A stretch of DNA of 64,000 nt from Escherichia coli (lineage in GTDB: Bacteria; Pseudomonadota; Gammaproteobacteria; Enterobacterales; Enterobacteriaceae), in the NCBI GenBank assembly GCA_902500055.1, contig GCA_902500055.1_4131.1; one strand, 5' to 3'. Within the stretch, counting starts at the first letter, position 1; the number at the start of each line of letters is the position of its first letter. The notes beneath the pieces are model-generated. The model was not told where the DNA came from. It ran no database searches and saw nothing but the letters and a program-made list of their open reading frames with translations. The translations under genes were made by a program, and so were the position numbers. Shown here piece after piece: positions 34,722-43,771 of this stretch.

Positions 34722-35687
34722 TTAGAAATCTTCGTATTCGTACCCTTTTGCAAGTACTAACTTCTTAAGCTTTTGCATAGCTTCACTGTACTTTCGGTGT
34801 ATTGATGAACGGGATTTAACATATTTTCCATTATCATCAACAAAACCATTATCAGCAATCTCACGAAGCGTTTCAGGTTCATATTCACCTAGACCATGAA
34901 CACGCTGGATAATCTCACGTTCTTTAGTACTCAATTCGTTAGTCAGTTCATTGATAGCATAACGTAAAGGTGCACGGATACTATCAACATTGAGGTTAAA
35001 ATCAGAAGCAGGTGAATGAATAATGTCACCTAATGTACCATCTGTAACACCGTCTAATGGTGCATCCAGCGAAGTGTATTCGCTTTGAAATAACAAACAA
35101 TTATTAACATGCTGAATCTCAATCCCAGTACCCTCTGAGATTATTTCAGGAGTTGGGCGAACACCATGTTTACGCATATATTCCTGACAGAATCTTTTTA
35201 CTTTGATCTTATGAACACTCATATAACGTGGGAAGTGTACCATATAGTTAGCGTCAGAACTTTCGTTATAGACTGTCATGTAAATACTAGAAGAAGCATA
35301 GGTAATGAACTTAACATTCTTATTAAGATCAAAGGTTTTTAGTGCTCTCATGAACCCCTCAACACCATATGAAATCTTATCTTCAAATGGGATATAACAA
35401 GTACATTTACTTGCTACATCAATAATCAGTCCATAATTGTAACGAACTAACAGTTCAGTGTTTTTCTTTACATTGATACCAGCTTGAATATCACGAATTA
35501 GATCTTCATTGGAAACATTTGGTGGTCGCTTAAGTGTAATATTATATTTGAAACTGCTTTGTACTTTACCTTCATTTTCATCTTTATCTTCAACGAAATC
35601 TAAGGCTTCTAGTGTGTTGACTTCTTCATTAGCAAAACATTCATCCAGAACTTCTTCGGCAATTGTATTTAAATCAAGCTTTTTCAC
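34722..35687 (-). CDS. Sigma-70 family RNA polymerase sigma factor
   Basis: Region 2-like LLVRYNYGLIIDVASKC...EGFMRALKTFDLNKNVKFITYASSSIYMTV. Region 4-like LSTKEREIIQRVHGLG...TLREIA...SRSSIHRKYSEAMQKLKK. GTG start after a GGAGAT SD. Confidence 0.85.
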   Translation of the reverse strand: MKKLDLNTIAEEVLDECFANEEVNTLEALDFVEDKDENEGKVQSSFKYNITLKRPPNVSNEDLIRDIQAGINVKKNTELLVRYNYGLIIDVASKCTCYIPFEDKISYGVEGFMRALKTFDLNKNVKFITYASSSIYMTVYNESSDANYMVHFPRYMSVHKIKVKRFCQEYMRKHGVRPTPEIISEGTGIEIQHVNNCLLFQSEYTSLDAPLDGVTDGTLGDIIHSPASDFNLNVDSIRAPLRYAINELTNELSTKEREIIQRVHGLGEYEPETLREIADNGFVDDNGKYVKSRSSIHRKYSEAMQKLKKLVLAKGYEYEDF

Positions 35688-35708
35688 TTACATCTCCTAA
35701 TGACGAAA

Positions 35709-36206
35709 TCAAAATCGATATACATTAATATTATCATCTGTGAAGCAATCATGGTTATGCACATCCATGAAAGTACTAAACACTTTATCATATAAAGTTG
35801 TATGTTCTTCATGAATAGCAGCATCTACCATGTATTCTCCACCACTTCCCATAAAGAAAGTGTAGTCTTCATGTAGATATTCAAGTTTTTTAATAAACTT
35901 TCCTTTAGTTAAAATCATATGAATAACATAATCTTTAGAAAGAAGCACACAATGGCAACTTAACTTTCTGTCAGGTATAACTGGTACTTTATTAATTAAC
36001 CAATCCAGTACTTTATCAATTTCACTTACTGCCCCACTAGCACTGAATAAACGGTCATGTACATATAAAGTTTTTTGATTAACAACTCCATATTGATATT
36101 TTGGTCTTAGTGGAAAAAAACCAAATAAGTTTCGTGGTATAGTTGACGTAACTCTAGAATCGGTAATCAATAAATTTAATCGTTTATCAATATAAACAGT
36201 TGTCAT
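35709..36206 (-). CDS. HslV / proteasome beta-subunit-like N-terminal-threonine peptidase
   Basis: Starts MTTVYI (Thr directly after Met) and has ITDSRVT, FSASGAVSE and FFMGSGGEYMVDAAIHE. These are collinear with HslV TTIVSV, IAGDGQAT, FAGGTADA and IAIGSGGPYAQAAARALLE. Confidence 0.6.
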   Translation of the reverse strand: MTTVYIDKRLNLLITDSRVTSTIPRNLFGFFPLRPKYQYGVVNQKTLYVHDRLFSASGAVSEIDKVLDWLINKVPVIPDRKLSCHCVLLSKDYVIHMILTKGKFIKKLEYLHEDYTFFMGSGGEYMVDAAIHEEHTTLYDKVFSTFMDVHNHDCFTDDNINVYRF

Positions 36207-36207
36207 A

Positions 36208-36627
36208 TTAAACCTTATCTAAGAATTTATCGTATATATAAAATTCTTTATCGGTGAATACATTAATTCTAGTATCGAATCTTTGCATCGTGTTCATATA
36301 CAATGAACTTTTTAAATAAAAATACAAAGCAACAAATTCTGATATATGCATATTCTTTTTATTGTTACATAAATTCTTTAGCATTTTGATGCTATCAAAT
36401 TCTTCTTTATCAAATCTGTACTGGTAAAAATTATATCTATTGAACTGGCACTCATAGATACGAAGTGCCATTATATCAATACATGCTTGCGATTTACAGT
36501 ACTTATTCAATACGTCATAATCACCCGTACATAATGCTACAAAGATTTTATGTGCAAGTGTAGCTTTTCCTTCAATCGTATGATAACCAAAGAACTTAAT
36601 GATTAAGTACTGAAGAAATCTAAACAT
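36208..36627 (-). CDS. Hypothetical protein
   Basis: Intact 139-aa ORF in the tiling. Confidence 0.7.
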   Translation of the reverse strand: MFRFLQYLIIKFFGYHTIEGKATLAHKIFVALCTGDYDVLNKYCKSQACIDIMALRIYECQFNRYNFYQYRFDKEEFDSIKMLKNLCNNKKNMHISEFVALYFYLKSSLYMNTMQRFDTRINVFTDKEFYIYDKFLDKV

Positions 36628-36632
36628 TTTAT

Positions 36633-36893
36633 TTAGAATTTCTCCGAAATTACAAGTGTATCATCATAATCATCAGCAATATCATGAAGAACTTTTAAGT
36701 TACTTTCACCAGAAACGCTTTTTACTTCGTTCAAAAGATAGTTTAGATCAACTTTAGTTACTTTTTCTGAATCAAACACACAGAAAGTTAATTCAGCGTT
36801 TGGACAGATCTTCTTCAGATTATCAGCAACCACTTGTTTGAAGTTGAAAGATGGGGAAGCAACTAGGTTAACTGCAACGAGAATAGATTTCAT
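36633..36893 (-). CDS. Hypothetical protein
   Basis: Intact 86-aa ORF in the tiling. Confidence 0.65.
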   Translation of the reverse strand: MKSILVAVNLVASPSFNFKQVVADNLKKICPNAELTFCVFDSEKVTKVDLNYLLNEVKSVSGESNLKVLHDIADDYDDTLVISEKF

Positions 36894-36932
36894 AATGTTT
36901 TCCTTTCTAGCTGATAATTAAATTAGGAGCAC

Positions 36933-36961
36933 ATTGTACTCCATATTATTTGTTATGTCAA
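36933..36961 (-). promoter_or_regulatory. Sigma-70 promoter TTGACA-N17-TACAAT
   Basis: The reverse complement reads TTGACAtaacaaataatatggagTACAAT. Confidence 0.7.
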
Positions 36962-36967
36962 ATACTT

Positions 36968-37219
36968 TTAGATACCAAGTGCAGTAGATAACTCTTTACG
37001 TTTGTTATATGAATCAGATTCAATCTTACTTTTCTTGTTGAAAAGGGATTCGATATCCTTATAGATTGCTTCGATAGATTTAGTTACTACCCATTCTGAT
37101 TCTTGAAGCATACCTTGGAGTCGTGCGTACTCAACTTTGATAGTACTGCGAAGTTCTTCACAAACTTCTTCATTCTTAATTAGTGCAGCACTAAGTTCTT
37201 TGACCTTATCGATGTTCAT
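36968..37219 (-). CDS. Hypothetical coiled-coil-like protein
   Basis: Intact 83-aa ORF rich in Lys, Glu and Leu. Confidence 0.65.
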   Translation of the reverse strand: MNIDKVKELSAALIKNEEVCEELRSTIKVEYARLQGMLQESEWVVTKSIEAIYKDIESLFNKKSKIESDSYNKRKELSTALGI

Positions 37220-37253
37220 AAGTTCCTTACTCTAATTTGTTTTTAACAAAATA

Positions 37254-37282
37254 ATTATATATAACATACTAAATTATGTCAA
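37254..37282 (-). promoter_or_regulatory. Consensus sigma-70 promoter TTGACA-N17-TATAAT
   Basis: The reverse complement reads TTGACAtaatttagtatgttataTATAAT. Confidence 0.75.
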
Positions 37283-37704
37283 GTATTTTTAGTACCTTCT
37301 TCTGCCATTTTTGTGATATACCAATTAAGTACTGATTTGTGTACCATAAAAAATGTGAATGCAAATATAGCAATAGCTGCTGATGTAACACTATTAGATA
37401 ATGACCCAAGTTGGATGTTAGTACCTAAAATAACAATAAATGGATACAACACAATCAATCTACTGTAAGGTTCGTCTCCAGTATCACGGAGAAATCCAAG
37501 CCTTTCATGATCAGTATCCATAGTGACAATTGGACAGAACATAAGTGCAGACATAAGAGCAATACCAATTTGTGCTACATTGGAAATTGTAAACCACAAA
37601 GGATTTAAACCATATGAAATATTATTTTCTGTACAGTAGTAACCAAACGAATTGAATGCACAAACTAAAAATACAAAAATACAAATCTTATTATAACCTC
37701 TCAT
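37279..37704 (-). CDS. Multi-pass membrane protein
   Basis: 141 aa with four hydrophobic segments. Confidence 0.7.
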   Translation of the reverse strand: MRGYNKICIFVFLVCAFNSFGYYCTENNISYGLNPLWFTISNVAQIGIALMSALMFCPIVTMDTDHERLGFLRDTGDEPYSRLIVLYPFIVILGTNIQLGSLSNSVTSAAIAIFAFTFFMVHKSVLNWYITKMAEEGTKNT

Positions 37705-38123
37705 TTGTTTAGCTCCGTTAATTTTCGTTTAACTTCTAGATCATGAAATTCATCGGCATATGAGTTTTGAACAGTTCTGATGTATTCCAACATAACAAAC
37801 ATAGTTCCACATACCCATAGATATGTATAGTAATCAAATACAAATGCATATAACATACACGGTACTAAAATGAAAGTGTAAACAAAACTATATCGGGTAG
37901 TTCCAAATACTTTCAGATATAACAAACGTCGATAATCACGGGCAAATGTATTGATGCACACTGAAAATGTAATTAATGTATACCATGAAATACCCTGAAT
38001 TAAACCTGAAACATTTAAAAGTTTATGTTCATCGGAAAACCCCAGTGCATTTAGCACTGGAGCCATAACCCAACCAATAATACTAATAAGAAAAAGATAT
38101 TTTGCATTACTTAGTGTGAACAT
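37701..38123 (-). CDS. Multi-pass membrane protein
   Basis: 140 aa with four hydrophobic segments and an ATGA overlap. Confidence 0.7.
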   Translation of the reverse strand: MFTLSNAKYLFLISIIGWVMAPVLNALGFSDEHKLLNVSGLIQGISWYTLITFSVCINTFARDYRRLLYLKVFGTTRYSFVYTFILVPCMLYAFVFDYYTYLWVCGTMFVMLEYIRTVQNSYADEFHDLEVKRKLTELNK

Positions 38124-38124
38124 A

Positions 38125-38583
38125 TTACTTTAGTCCCCATGCTTTTTTGATTGCATCAACAGAGTTTTGGTCCACTACTTCCTTTTTTTCTGATGTAGTT
38201 TGAAGTTTATTAATTACATATTCCTTTGCATCTTTTTCTATCATAAATTTACCATCAACCAACACACCAAAAACTTTAGAATTTCGGGCTGGATATGGAT
38301 TAATTTCATCAAGAGTACGGACTTTCTTATCAACTATAATGGCTTTGATGTAACCAGTTTCAAGTACTGTTGTAATCACAGTCATTTCAATTGCAACTGG
38401 TGAATCTTCCCAATACGCAATCCATTTAGTAAAGCTACGATCAGGTGAATCTTTTGTGCATTTTAATTTAATTGCACTATTAAAAATGTATTGTTTAAAA
38501 TTGTCATCGACAACTTCACTAATACTCAAATAACCTTCACGCTCTTCTGTGTTACGTTTGAAATTTGTAGCTAATACATCCAT
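38125..38583 (-). CDS. Hypothetical protein
   Basis: Intact 152-aa ORF in the tiling. Confidence 0.7.
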   Translation of the reverse strand: MDVLATNFKRNTEEREGYLSISEVVDDNFKQYIFNSAIKLKCTKDSPDRSFTKWIAYWEDSPVAIEMTVITTVLETGYIKAIIVDKKVRTLDEINPYPARNSKVFGVLVDGKFMIEKDAKEYVINKLQTTSEKKEVVDQNSVDAIKKAWGLK

Positions 38584-38625
38584 TTTCCATCCCCCCTTGG
38601 GTTACTTGGTGTGTTAATTATAATA

Positions 38626-39102
38626 CTAAGAATCTTTGTTGTCAAACTTTTCCCTCAAGTATTTTTCTATTAATCTAATTTGTGTTGGTGGTAAGATAAA
38701 GTAATCGTACATAGATTTACTACCATGTATCGAACAACCTACACTAATACTATAATCATATGGATATAAGTATATTGGGTCTTGTATATCAGGTATGAAA
38801 ACTATTCTTGGTATATTACCATTTCCTATTCTTACTTGGACGTTATCATTATTATTAAGATAATTTCTTATACAGTACTCAATTATACCATTTACTTTAG
38901 AATCATAACCATAATTTTTATATTCAGGAAAAATGAAATAGCGTTCATGGTATAGATATGAGCATAGTAATGCTGGGAAAAAATTCCAAAAACCTTCATG
39001 CTTTGCAATTGTTTGTGCATATTTAAAATGATTAGCATTACTAAAAATATTATACAGCACAAAATACACAAATGGACTAACCAACAACACTATTGTTAAC
39101 AT
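38626..39102 (-). CDS. Hypothetical protein with N-terminal TM segment
   Basis: Hydrophobic N-terminus MLTIVLLVSPFVYFVLYNIF. Confidence 0.7.
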   Translation of the reverse strand: MLTIVLLVSPFVYFVLYNIFSNANHFKYAQTIAKHEGFWNFFPALLCSYLYHERYFIFPEYKNYGYDSKVNGIIEYCIRNYLNNNDNVQVRIGNGNIPRIVFIPDIQDPIYLYPYDYSISVGCSIHGSKSMYDYFILPPTQIRLIEKYLREKFDNKDS

Positions 39103-39563
39103 CAGAAGCCTCTGTATTTTTCATACACTTCAACGCATTCCATGATTTTGTCATCGTCCATCATATCATAGCCTTGTAGAAATTCTTCTTTATCAACCTT
39201 CCCTGCCATCATATCTGTGTCAGAAATTCTGGAGTCATAGAAGTAATACATATCTTTATAGTACTGGTTTTTGTGCTGCTCAATCTTTACTTTAGCATAT
39301 CCAGCACAAAATGAAGGAGATTTAACAACTTCCCATTTATGCTTCTTGATGGGTTTATCATTAGCATGTTTTTCCCTGTATGTCTGACGATAACGTTCAC
39401 GCATTTCAGGCATGTATTCTTCAGCAGTACGTTTAGGGGGAGTTTTACCAGTCCCAATAGTTTTAATAGTTTGACGTTGTTCTTCTGCGTGTACTGGGGA
39501 AATGAAACATGATGTACCAAACAGTACTGCTACGATAACCATAAAATTCTTAAACATAATCAA
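39102..39563 (-). CDS. Secreted protein
   Basis: Signal peptide MIMFKNFMVIVAVLFGTSCFISPVHAEE. Confidence 0.7.
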   Translation of the reverse strand: MIMFKNFMVIVAVLFGTSCFISPVHAEEQRQTIKTIGTGKTPPKRTAEEYMPEMRERYRQTYREKHANDKPIKKHKWEVVKSPSFCAGYAKVKIEQHKNQYYKDMYYFYDSRISDTDMMAGKVDKEEFLQGYDMMDDDKIMECVEVYEKYRGF

Positions 39564-39787
39564 ACCTCTTTTACAATAATATCGATTGATACTGGAATTG
39601 CAATTTCACTATTACATGAATATACATCAGCACAGTACTCAATATCTAGCACTTTATAATATTTCTCAAAACCACAAATGGTAAGATTCAACGTTGACCC
39701 AACTGCTGGGAGTACAGGAAATGATAAGAACGCAATTTTAGAATGAAATTCTTCATTGATATCTTGATATACAGTTGCAGTAATCAC
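39560..39787 (-). CDS. Hypothetical protein
   Basis: Intact 75-aa ORF with an ATGA overlap. Confidence 0.6.
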   Translation of the reverse strand: MITATVYQDINEEFHSKIAFLSFPVLPAVGSTLNLTICGFEKYYKVLDIEYCADVYSCNSEIAIPVSIDIIVKEV

Positions 39788-40368
39788 AATGGTAACTCCT
39801 GTAGTGGTTTCATAATACCGAGTACTGGGTGATTTTCAATCATTGGTCGCCCTGGTACACCAGTGAGGATAACTGGGATAGAACTAATATCTTTTACATA
39901 GTTGAATCCCTCAAACGTGAACTCTTGTTTTTTCTCATTATACAATACCCATAGTATTACGTCAGCTTTTTTCTGGATATTTTTTAACTGTCGAGTACTA
40001 ACACATGGTCCAAAGTCAGTCCATGATTTATACTTGATACCTTTTACTTCAATACGAAGGTTGTTTACCTTAATATCACATTCACCGTCACGTGCTTCAT
40101 TTTGGAATGCTGGATCGATATTAAGTTTAATACCAGTATTGTTTTCAATTTCATTAAAAAGTACTAAAGATGCGTGCTCACACACCATACCAACAAAATG
40201 ACTATGTGCATGATTAAAACCATATGGCGATTTACTTGCTGGAGCCAAAAGTTTATATCTTTCTGATTTTTCAATCGCTTTTGCCATAAAGGAATCAGCT
40301 TCATCTTTATATAACTTAACAGTCATTTTTCCATTTTTCAGTACTAATCTATTATCAATAACATTCAT
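39784..40368 (-). CDS. Possible PD-(D/E)XK-fold nuclease
   Basis: GECDIKVNNLRIEVKG has D...E-x-K spacing. The call rests on this motif alone. Confidence 0.4.
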   Translation of the reverse strand: MNVIDNRLVLKNGKMTVKLYKDEADSFMAKAIEKSERYKLLAPASKSPYGFNHAHSHFVGMVCEHASLVLFNEIENNTGIKLNIDPAFQNEARDGECDIKVNNLRIEVKGIKYKSWTDFGPCVSTRQLKNIQKKADVILWVLYNEKKQEFTFEGFNYVKDISSIPVILTGVPGRPMIENHPVLGIMKPLQELPL

Positions 40369-40395
40369 AAAAACACCTCATTATTCATTCACTAC

Positions 40396-40424
40396 ATGAT
40401 AACACCAAATCATACACCAGTCAA
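40396..40424 (-). promoter_or_regulatory. Sigma-70 promoter TTGACT-N17-TATCAT
   Basis: The reverse complement reads TTGACTggtgtatgatttggtgtTATCAT. It is divergent from the + promoter. Confidence 0.6.
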
Positions 40425-40433
40425 GCTCATTTT

Positions 40434-40462
40434 TTGGATATGCATAATAAATACGTTATAAT
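40434..40462 (+). promoter_or_regulatory. Sigma-70 promoter TTGGAT-N17-TATAAT for the lone + strand gene
   Basis: TTGGATatgcataataaatacgtTATAAT, then a GGAGGG SD and the ATG at 40485. Confidence 0.65.
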
Positions 40463-40484
40463 AATTATACCAATGGAGGGATAA

Positions 40485-41639
40485 ATGTCAAGGTCAATTG
40501 CTGCGGCTGGACGCTATAAGTTTGGTGAATGTGGTTATGTTGTTGATGGTGCAATCCTCAATGATGGAACTAGACTAAAAAATATTAGAATCTATCGCCA
40601 AAGAAGCCATAGATTATATGATTTAGTTGATCCAAGAACTAATATAATATATCGTAAAGTACAAATAACAACTAAAGATAATAAAGGTTATCTATTAAAT
40701 TACAATAAAACTAATGACCAACTATTAAGTGAAATTAATAAAAATTGTTTCTTTGTTCGTGGATATTCTGAAGAGCCACAAGAAACTGATACTGGATTTG
40801 TATATAAATTTATGCTACATAAAACAATTTTAGGTAGTTCACAAACCTTGTATCATATGTATACACCTGAATGTGGTATTATAGATCGTGATATAGATAA
40901 TATTCTCATTTCACCAGTATTTGTTGGTAATGACTCAATTAGTGGTAAATTATTCAACACTGGTTCAGAAATTGATACTAACGGTATGGTAATAACAATC
41001 GTATTACCAGACGGGACAGAATACTTTACTACCCAATTTGTTAATGATGCATTTACAATTCCAGTTGATGTTATCACACAATCAGGGAAAGGTACTGCTA
41101 CACTCACTTCTCCATATTATAACACTAAAGTGGTGGAATTTGATGTTCTTGAAAGTGGTGAGGATATTGATTTTGTTACATCAGTTCTTCTATCCCAATT
41201 TGAACCTGTTTCGGAAGGTGTATTTTCTGCGGTTGTTCCATTTGATGTTCATGATCGTGGACAGTACTTAGCACTTCAAGCATACAGTGGTGACTTATAT
41301 CAAGTTGGTGTAGATCTTTCTGTAGACGCAGAAGGTAATATTACTGTGTATCAAACTGACAATTTACCTGTTTCTTTGAGTATAATCGGAAAAACACTGC
41401 ATACTACTCCTTTCCATAAAGAATATACTTTAAGTGAGTGGGTTCTCGGTGAAGACTCTATGTACTCTATCTCAGTTCCAGTAACTGAACATGGTAAAGC
41501 ACTACCACAAGTTCAATTATATTCTTCAGACAATCATGTAGTTCATAGTGAAATACAAGTGGATGAAGATGATAATGTAATTCTTAAAGTAGTAGAACCG
41601 CTTGACTGCTCAGTCGTAATAGTTGGTTACAACGCATAA
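40485..41639 (+). CDS. Hypothetical protein with an internally duplicated C-terminal module (beta-sandwich-like pattern)
   Basis: Two collinear segments, ...FDVHDRGQYLALQAYSGDLYQVGVDLSVDAEGNITVYQ...LSIIG and ...VTEHGKALPQVQLYSSDNHVVHSEIQVDEDDNVILKV...VVIVG. It is the only + gene in the minus-strand block. Confidence 0.8.
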   Translation: MSRSIAAAGRYKFGECGYVVDGAILNDGTRLKNIRIYRQRSHRLYDLVDPRTNIIYRKVQITTKDNKGYLLNYNKTNDQLLSEINKNCFFVRGYSEEPQETDTGFVYKFMLHKTILGSSQTLYHMYTPECGIIDRDIDNILISPVFVGNDSISGKLFNTGSEIDTNGMVITIVLPDGTEYFTTQFVNDAFTIPVDVITQSGKGTATLTSPYYNTKVVEFDVLESGEDIDFVTSVLLSQFEPVSEGVFSAVVPFDVHDRGQYLALQAYSGDLYQVGVDLSVDAEGNITVYQTDNLPVSLSIIGKTLHTTPFHKEYTLSEWVLGEDSMYSISVPVTEHGKALPQVQLYSSDNHVVHSEIQVDEDDNVILKVVEPLDCSVVIVGYNA

Positions 41640-41646
41640 TAAAAAA

Positions 41647-41665
41647 GCCACTACATTGTAGTGGC
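41647..41665. terminator. Bidirectional rho-independent terminator
   Basis: GCCACTAC-att-GTAGTGGC flanked by an A-run and a T-run, between convergent genes. Confidence 0.8.
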
Positions 41666-41680
41666 TTTAATTTTATCTAA

Positions 41681-42469
41681 TTATTTGAAATTGTCACGTA
41701 GAACTTCTTCAAGTGTTTTATCTGGATTGCTAATGGCTACATTATAAATCAATTCTTTAAATGCAGTTAGTGCCTGCTCAGTTGCTTCTGGACCAAAGTT
41801 CTCACTAATGCTTTTAAACATACTTTGTGCACGTTCTGATTTGATACAACTAGTTACAAACTTGTCAATTTCATTACGAAGCTGCTTAGTTGTCATGTCA
41901 CCAATGAGCATCTCACTAATTTCTTTTGGTTCATCTGCACTTGTTCGGACATTCGTAAAACCAAACACATCATCACCTGAGCCAAAGCTACGTTTTTCTT
42001 TTTTAGTTTCTTTTACTGGTTCTTCTTCAACTTCTTGTTCGTATTCTTTAGTAAAGAGATGAGATAGTACATCATCAAGATTTTTAACCATACCGTCAAT
42101 ACGAGATTCAGCATTCTTGGATACATGTTTGAATGCTTGCTCTAGTGCTTTTTCTTGAATCTGGTCACGAACATTATTAACTACATTACGAAGTTTTTCA
42201 TTACAGTTGTCTAAAATTTCTAATACTTCACCAGTTTTGATTTTTTCCAAAAGTACATCTAAATCAGATTTTACATGTTGTTTTTGACTTACTTCACCAT
42301 TAAGAATTGAATTCAATTCTTTAGCACCTTCAACTGCTTCTTCATGTGTTTTAAATTCAACTGGTACGTCAACACCATCCAGTACAATATTAAGCACTTT
42401 ACCATCAACGTAGGCGTAGGAGTAAGATGCTTTTTTGAAAGAAATAGTTTTGAAGAAAATGTTGCTCAT
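41681..42469 (-). CDS. Hypothetical acidic protein
   Basis: The start was moved to MSNIFFKT (GGAG SD) to clear the upstream stop at 42483. Confidence 0.7.
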   Translation of the reverse strand: MSNIFFKTISFKKASYSYAYVDGKVLNIVLDGVDVPVEFKTHEEAVEGAKELNSILNGEVSQKQHVKSDLDVLLEKIKTGEVLEILDNCNEKLRNVVNNVRDQIQEKALEQAFKHVSKNAESRIDGMVKNLDDVLSHLFTKEYEQEVEEEPVKETKKEKRSFGSGDDVFGFTNVRTSADEPKEISEMLIGDMTTKQLRNEIDKFVTSCIKSERAQSMFKSISENFGPEATEQALTAFKELIYNVAISNPDKTLEEVLRDNFK

Positions 42470-42482
42470 ATTGATATACTCC

Positions 42483-42824
42483 TTAATGCCCACTAGCTGG
42501 GAAGGTTTTAAACATATAGTGACATTGTACTAAATCATCGAACTTCAAGCCGAAGTCTTTAGTACCCATCAGTGTGTGGTAAAAATAATGCGAAATTGTA
42601 TTAGTTTCAGCGTCTTTAATATATATACCAAATTCGGTACAGCAAAACTGAACAACTTCATTATAACTTTCTAACTTGGAAATTACAAGTACTTGATCAT
42701 AAGAATTTTTATCAAATCCAATGATGTACATTTCCTCTGTTTCTGGGTGTACAATCATCCCACCGCGAGAAATAATTTTCTCGAAGTTACTGCTCAAGTA
42801 CTGAATTGTTGAACTTAAGTTCAT
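42483..42824 (-). CDS. Hypothetical protein
   Basis: Intact 113-aa ORF in the tiling. Confidence 0.7.
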   Translation of the reverse strand: MNLSSTIQYLSSNFEKIISRGGMIVHPETEEMYIIGFDKNSYDQVLVISKLESYNEVVQFCCTEFGIYIKDAETNTISHYFYHTLMGTKDFGLKFDDLVQCHYMFKTFPASGH

Positions 42825-43037
42825 TTACAACTCCTTACGTATTACTCGTCCGGTAAGATGTTCATCTGTACAGAACTTCATTATAAATGCTTTTAGATGG
42901 AAGTCTTCTAAAATTCTATATGCTTGCTTTTTCATAACGACTTCCTTCTTCTCCACATCAACAATTATATCATGTTTCTCGTGAAGTTCCTGGATCATTT
43001 GATATGAATTCAAACTTAGTACGCTCATAACCACCAA
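42825..43037 (-). CDS. Hypothetical protein (start uncertain: 43037, 43034 or 43028)
   Basis: Intact ORF. It overlaps the tail of 42970..43344, and a GGAGGA SD lies just upstream. Confidence 0.55.
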   Translation of the reverse strand: MVVMSVLSLNSYQMIQELHEKHDIIVDVEKKEVVMKKQAYRILEDFHLKAFIMKFCTDEHLTGRVIRKEL

Positions 43038-43344
43038 TGTCCTCCATCTCCCACAAAATTTGAACTGCCACTTCTAATTCGTGGTGAATTTGAAAATAAC
43101 CATTACTTGCAGTATAGATGTAGCCATTTTTAGTAATTGCATAACCCCACTTTTTACTTTGAGAATGCATCTCACGTTTCAACCCATAAGGTGATGGTGG
43201 CTTCTTGACTGGTTCTGGTTCTCGGTTTTCGTTGTAAATCTCTTGTTCGATTCGCAACGCTTTATGATATGAGTATACATGAATCAGGCGACAAAGTACA
43301 ATAGTAATGCAACAAATAATTGTAAATGTTATCAAGCTCATCAA
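42970..43344 (-). CDS. N-terminally anchored membrane protein
   Basis: Hydrophobic start MMSLITFTIICCITIVLCRLI. Confidence 0.65.
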   Translation of the reverse strand: MMSLITFTIICCITIVLCRLIHVYSYHKALRIEQEIYNENREPEPVKKPPSPYGLKREMHSQSKKWGYAITKNGYIYTASNGYFQIHHELEVAVQILWEMEDIGGYERTKFEFISNDPGTSRET

Positions 43345-43760
43345 TTTGCCCTCTGCCTAGATACATATTCATTAATTGCATCTTCCAAATCATACCCTGA
43401 CATTTTTACATTATCAATTGAAACATGATATTTTTTCAGCACTTTTTGTCCAGCAGTGTTCTCCCATATAGACCCATCAGGCTCAATATGAACTTTATGG
43501 TTCAGGATGAAATCGAACATTTCTTCTTTTGATAAGTTTGCTTTACGGGTTTCAATGTGATTAGTATTAAGTAATTCACGAGTATGTTTAATGCCATATT
43601 CAGTGTGCTCACCAACACTACGATGCAAAACTTTTAACTGCTCGGCAGCAGTATCTTCATCATAAACATGAATAGTTTCAGTACTATATAAAATATCCTG
43701 AATATTACCAGTACTCACTTCTGTCCATGTGTCTTTGAAATGCACTTTGATTGTTTTCAT
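43341..43760 (-). CDS. Hypothetical protein
   Basis: Intact 139-aa ORF in the tiling. Confidence 0.7.
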   Translation of the reverse strand: MKTIKVHFKDTWTEVSTGNIQDILYSTETIHVYDEDTAAEQLKVLHRSVGEHTEYGIKHTRELLNTNHIETRKANLSKEEMFDFILNHKVHIEPDGSIWENTAGQKVLKKYHVSIDNVKMSGYDLEDAINEYVSRQRAN

Positions 43761-43771
43761 AAAAGCTCTTG

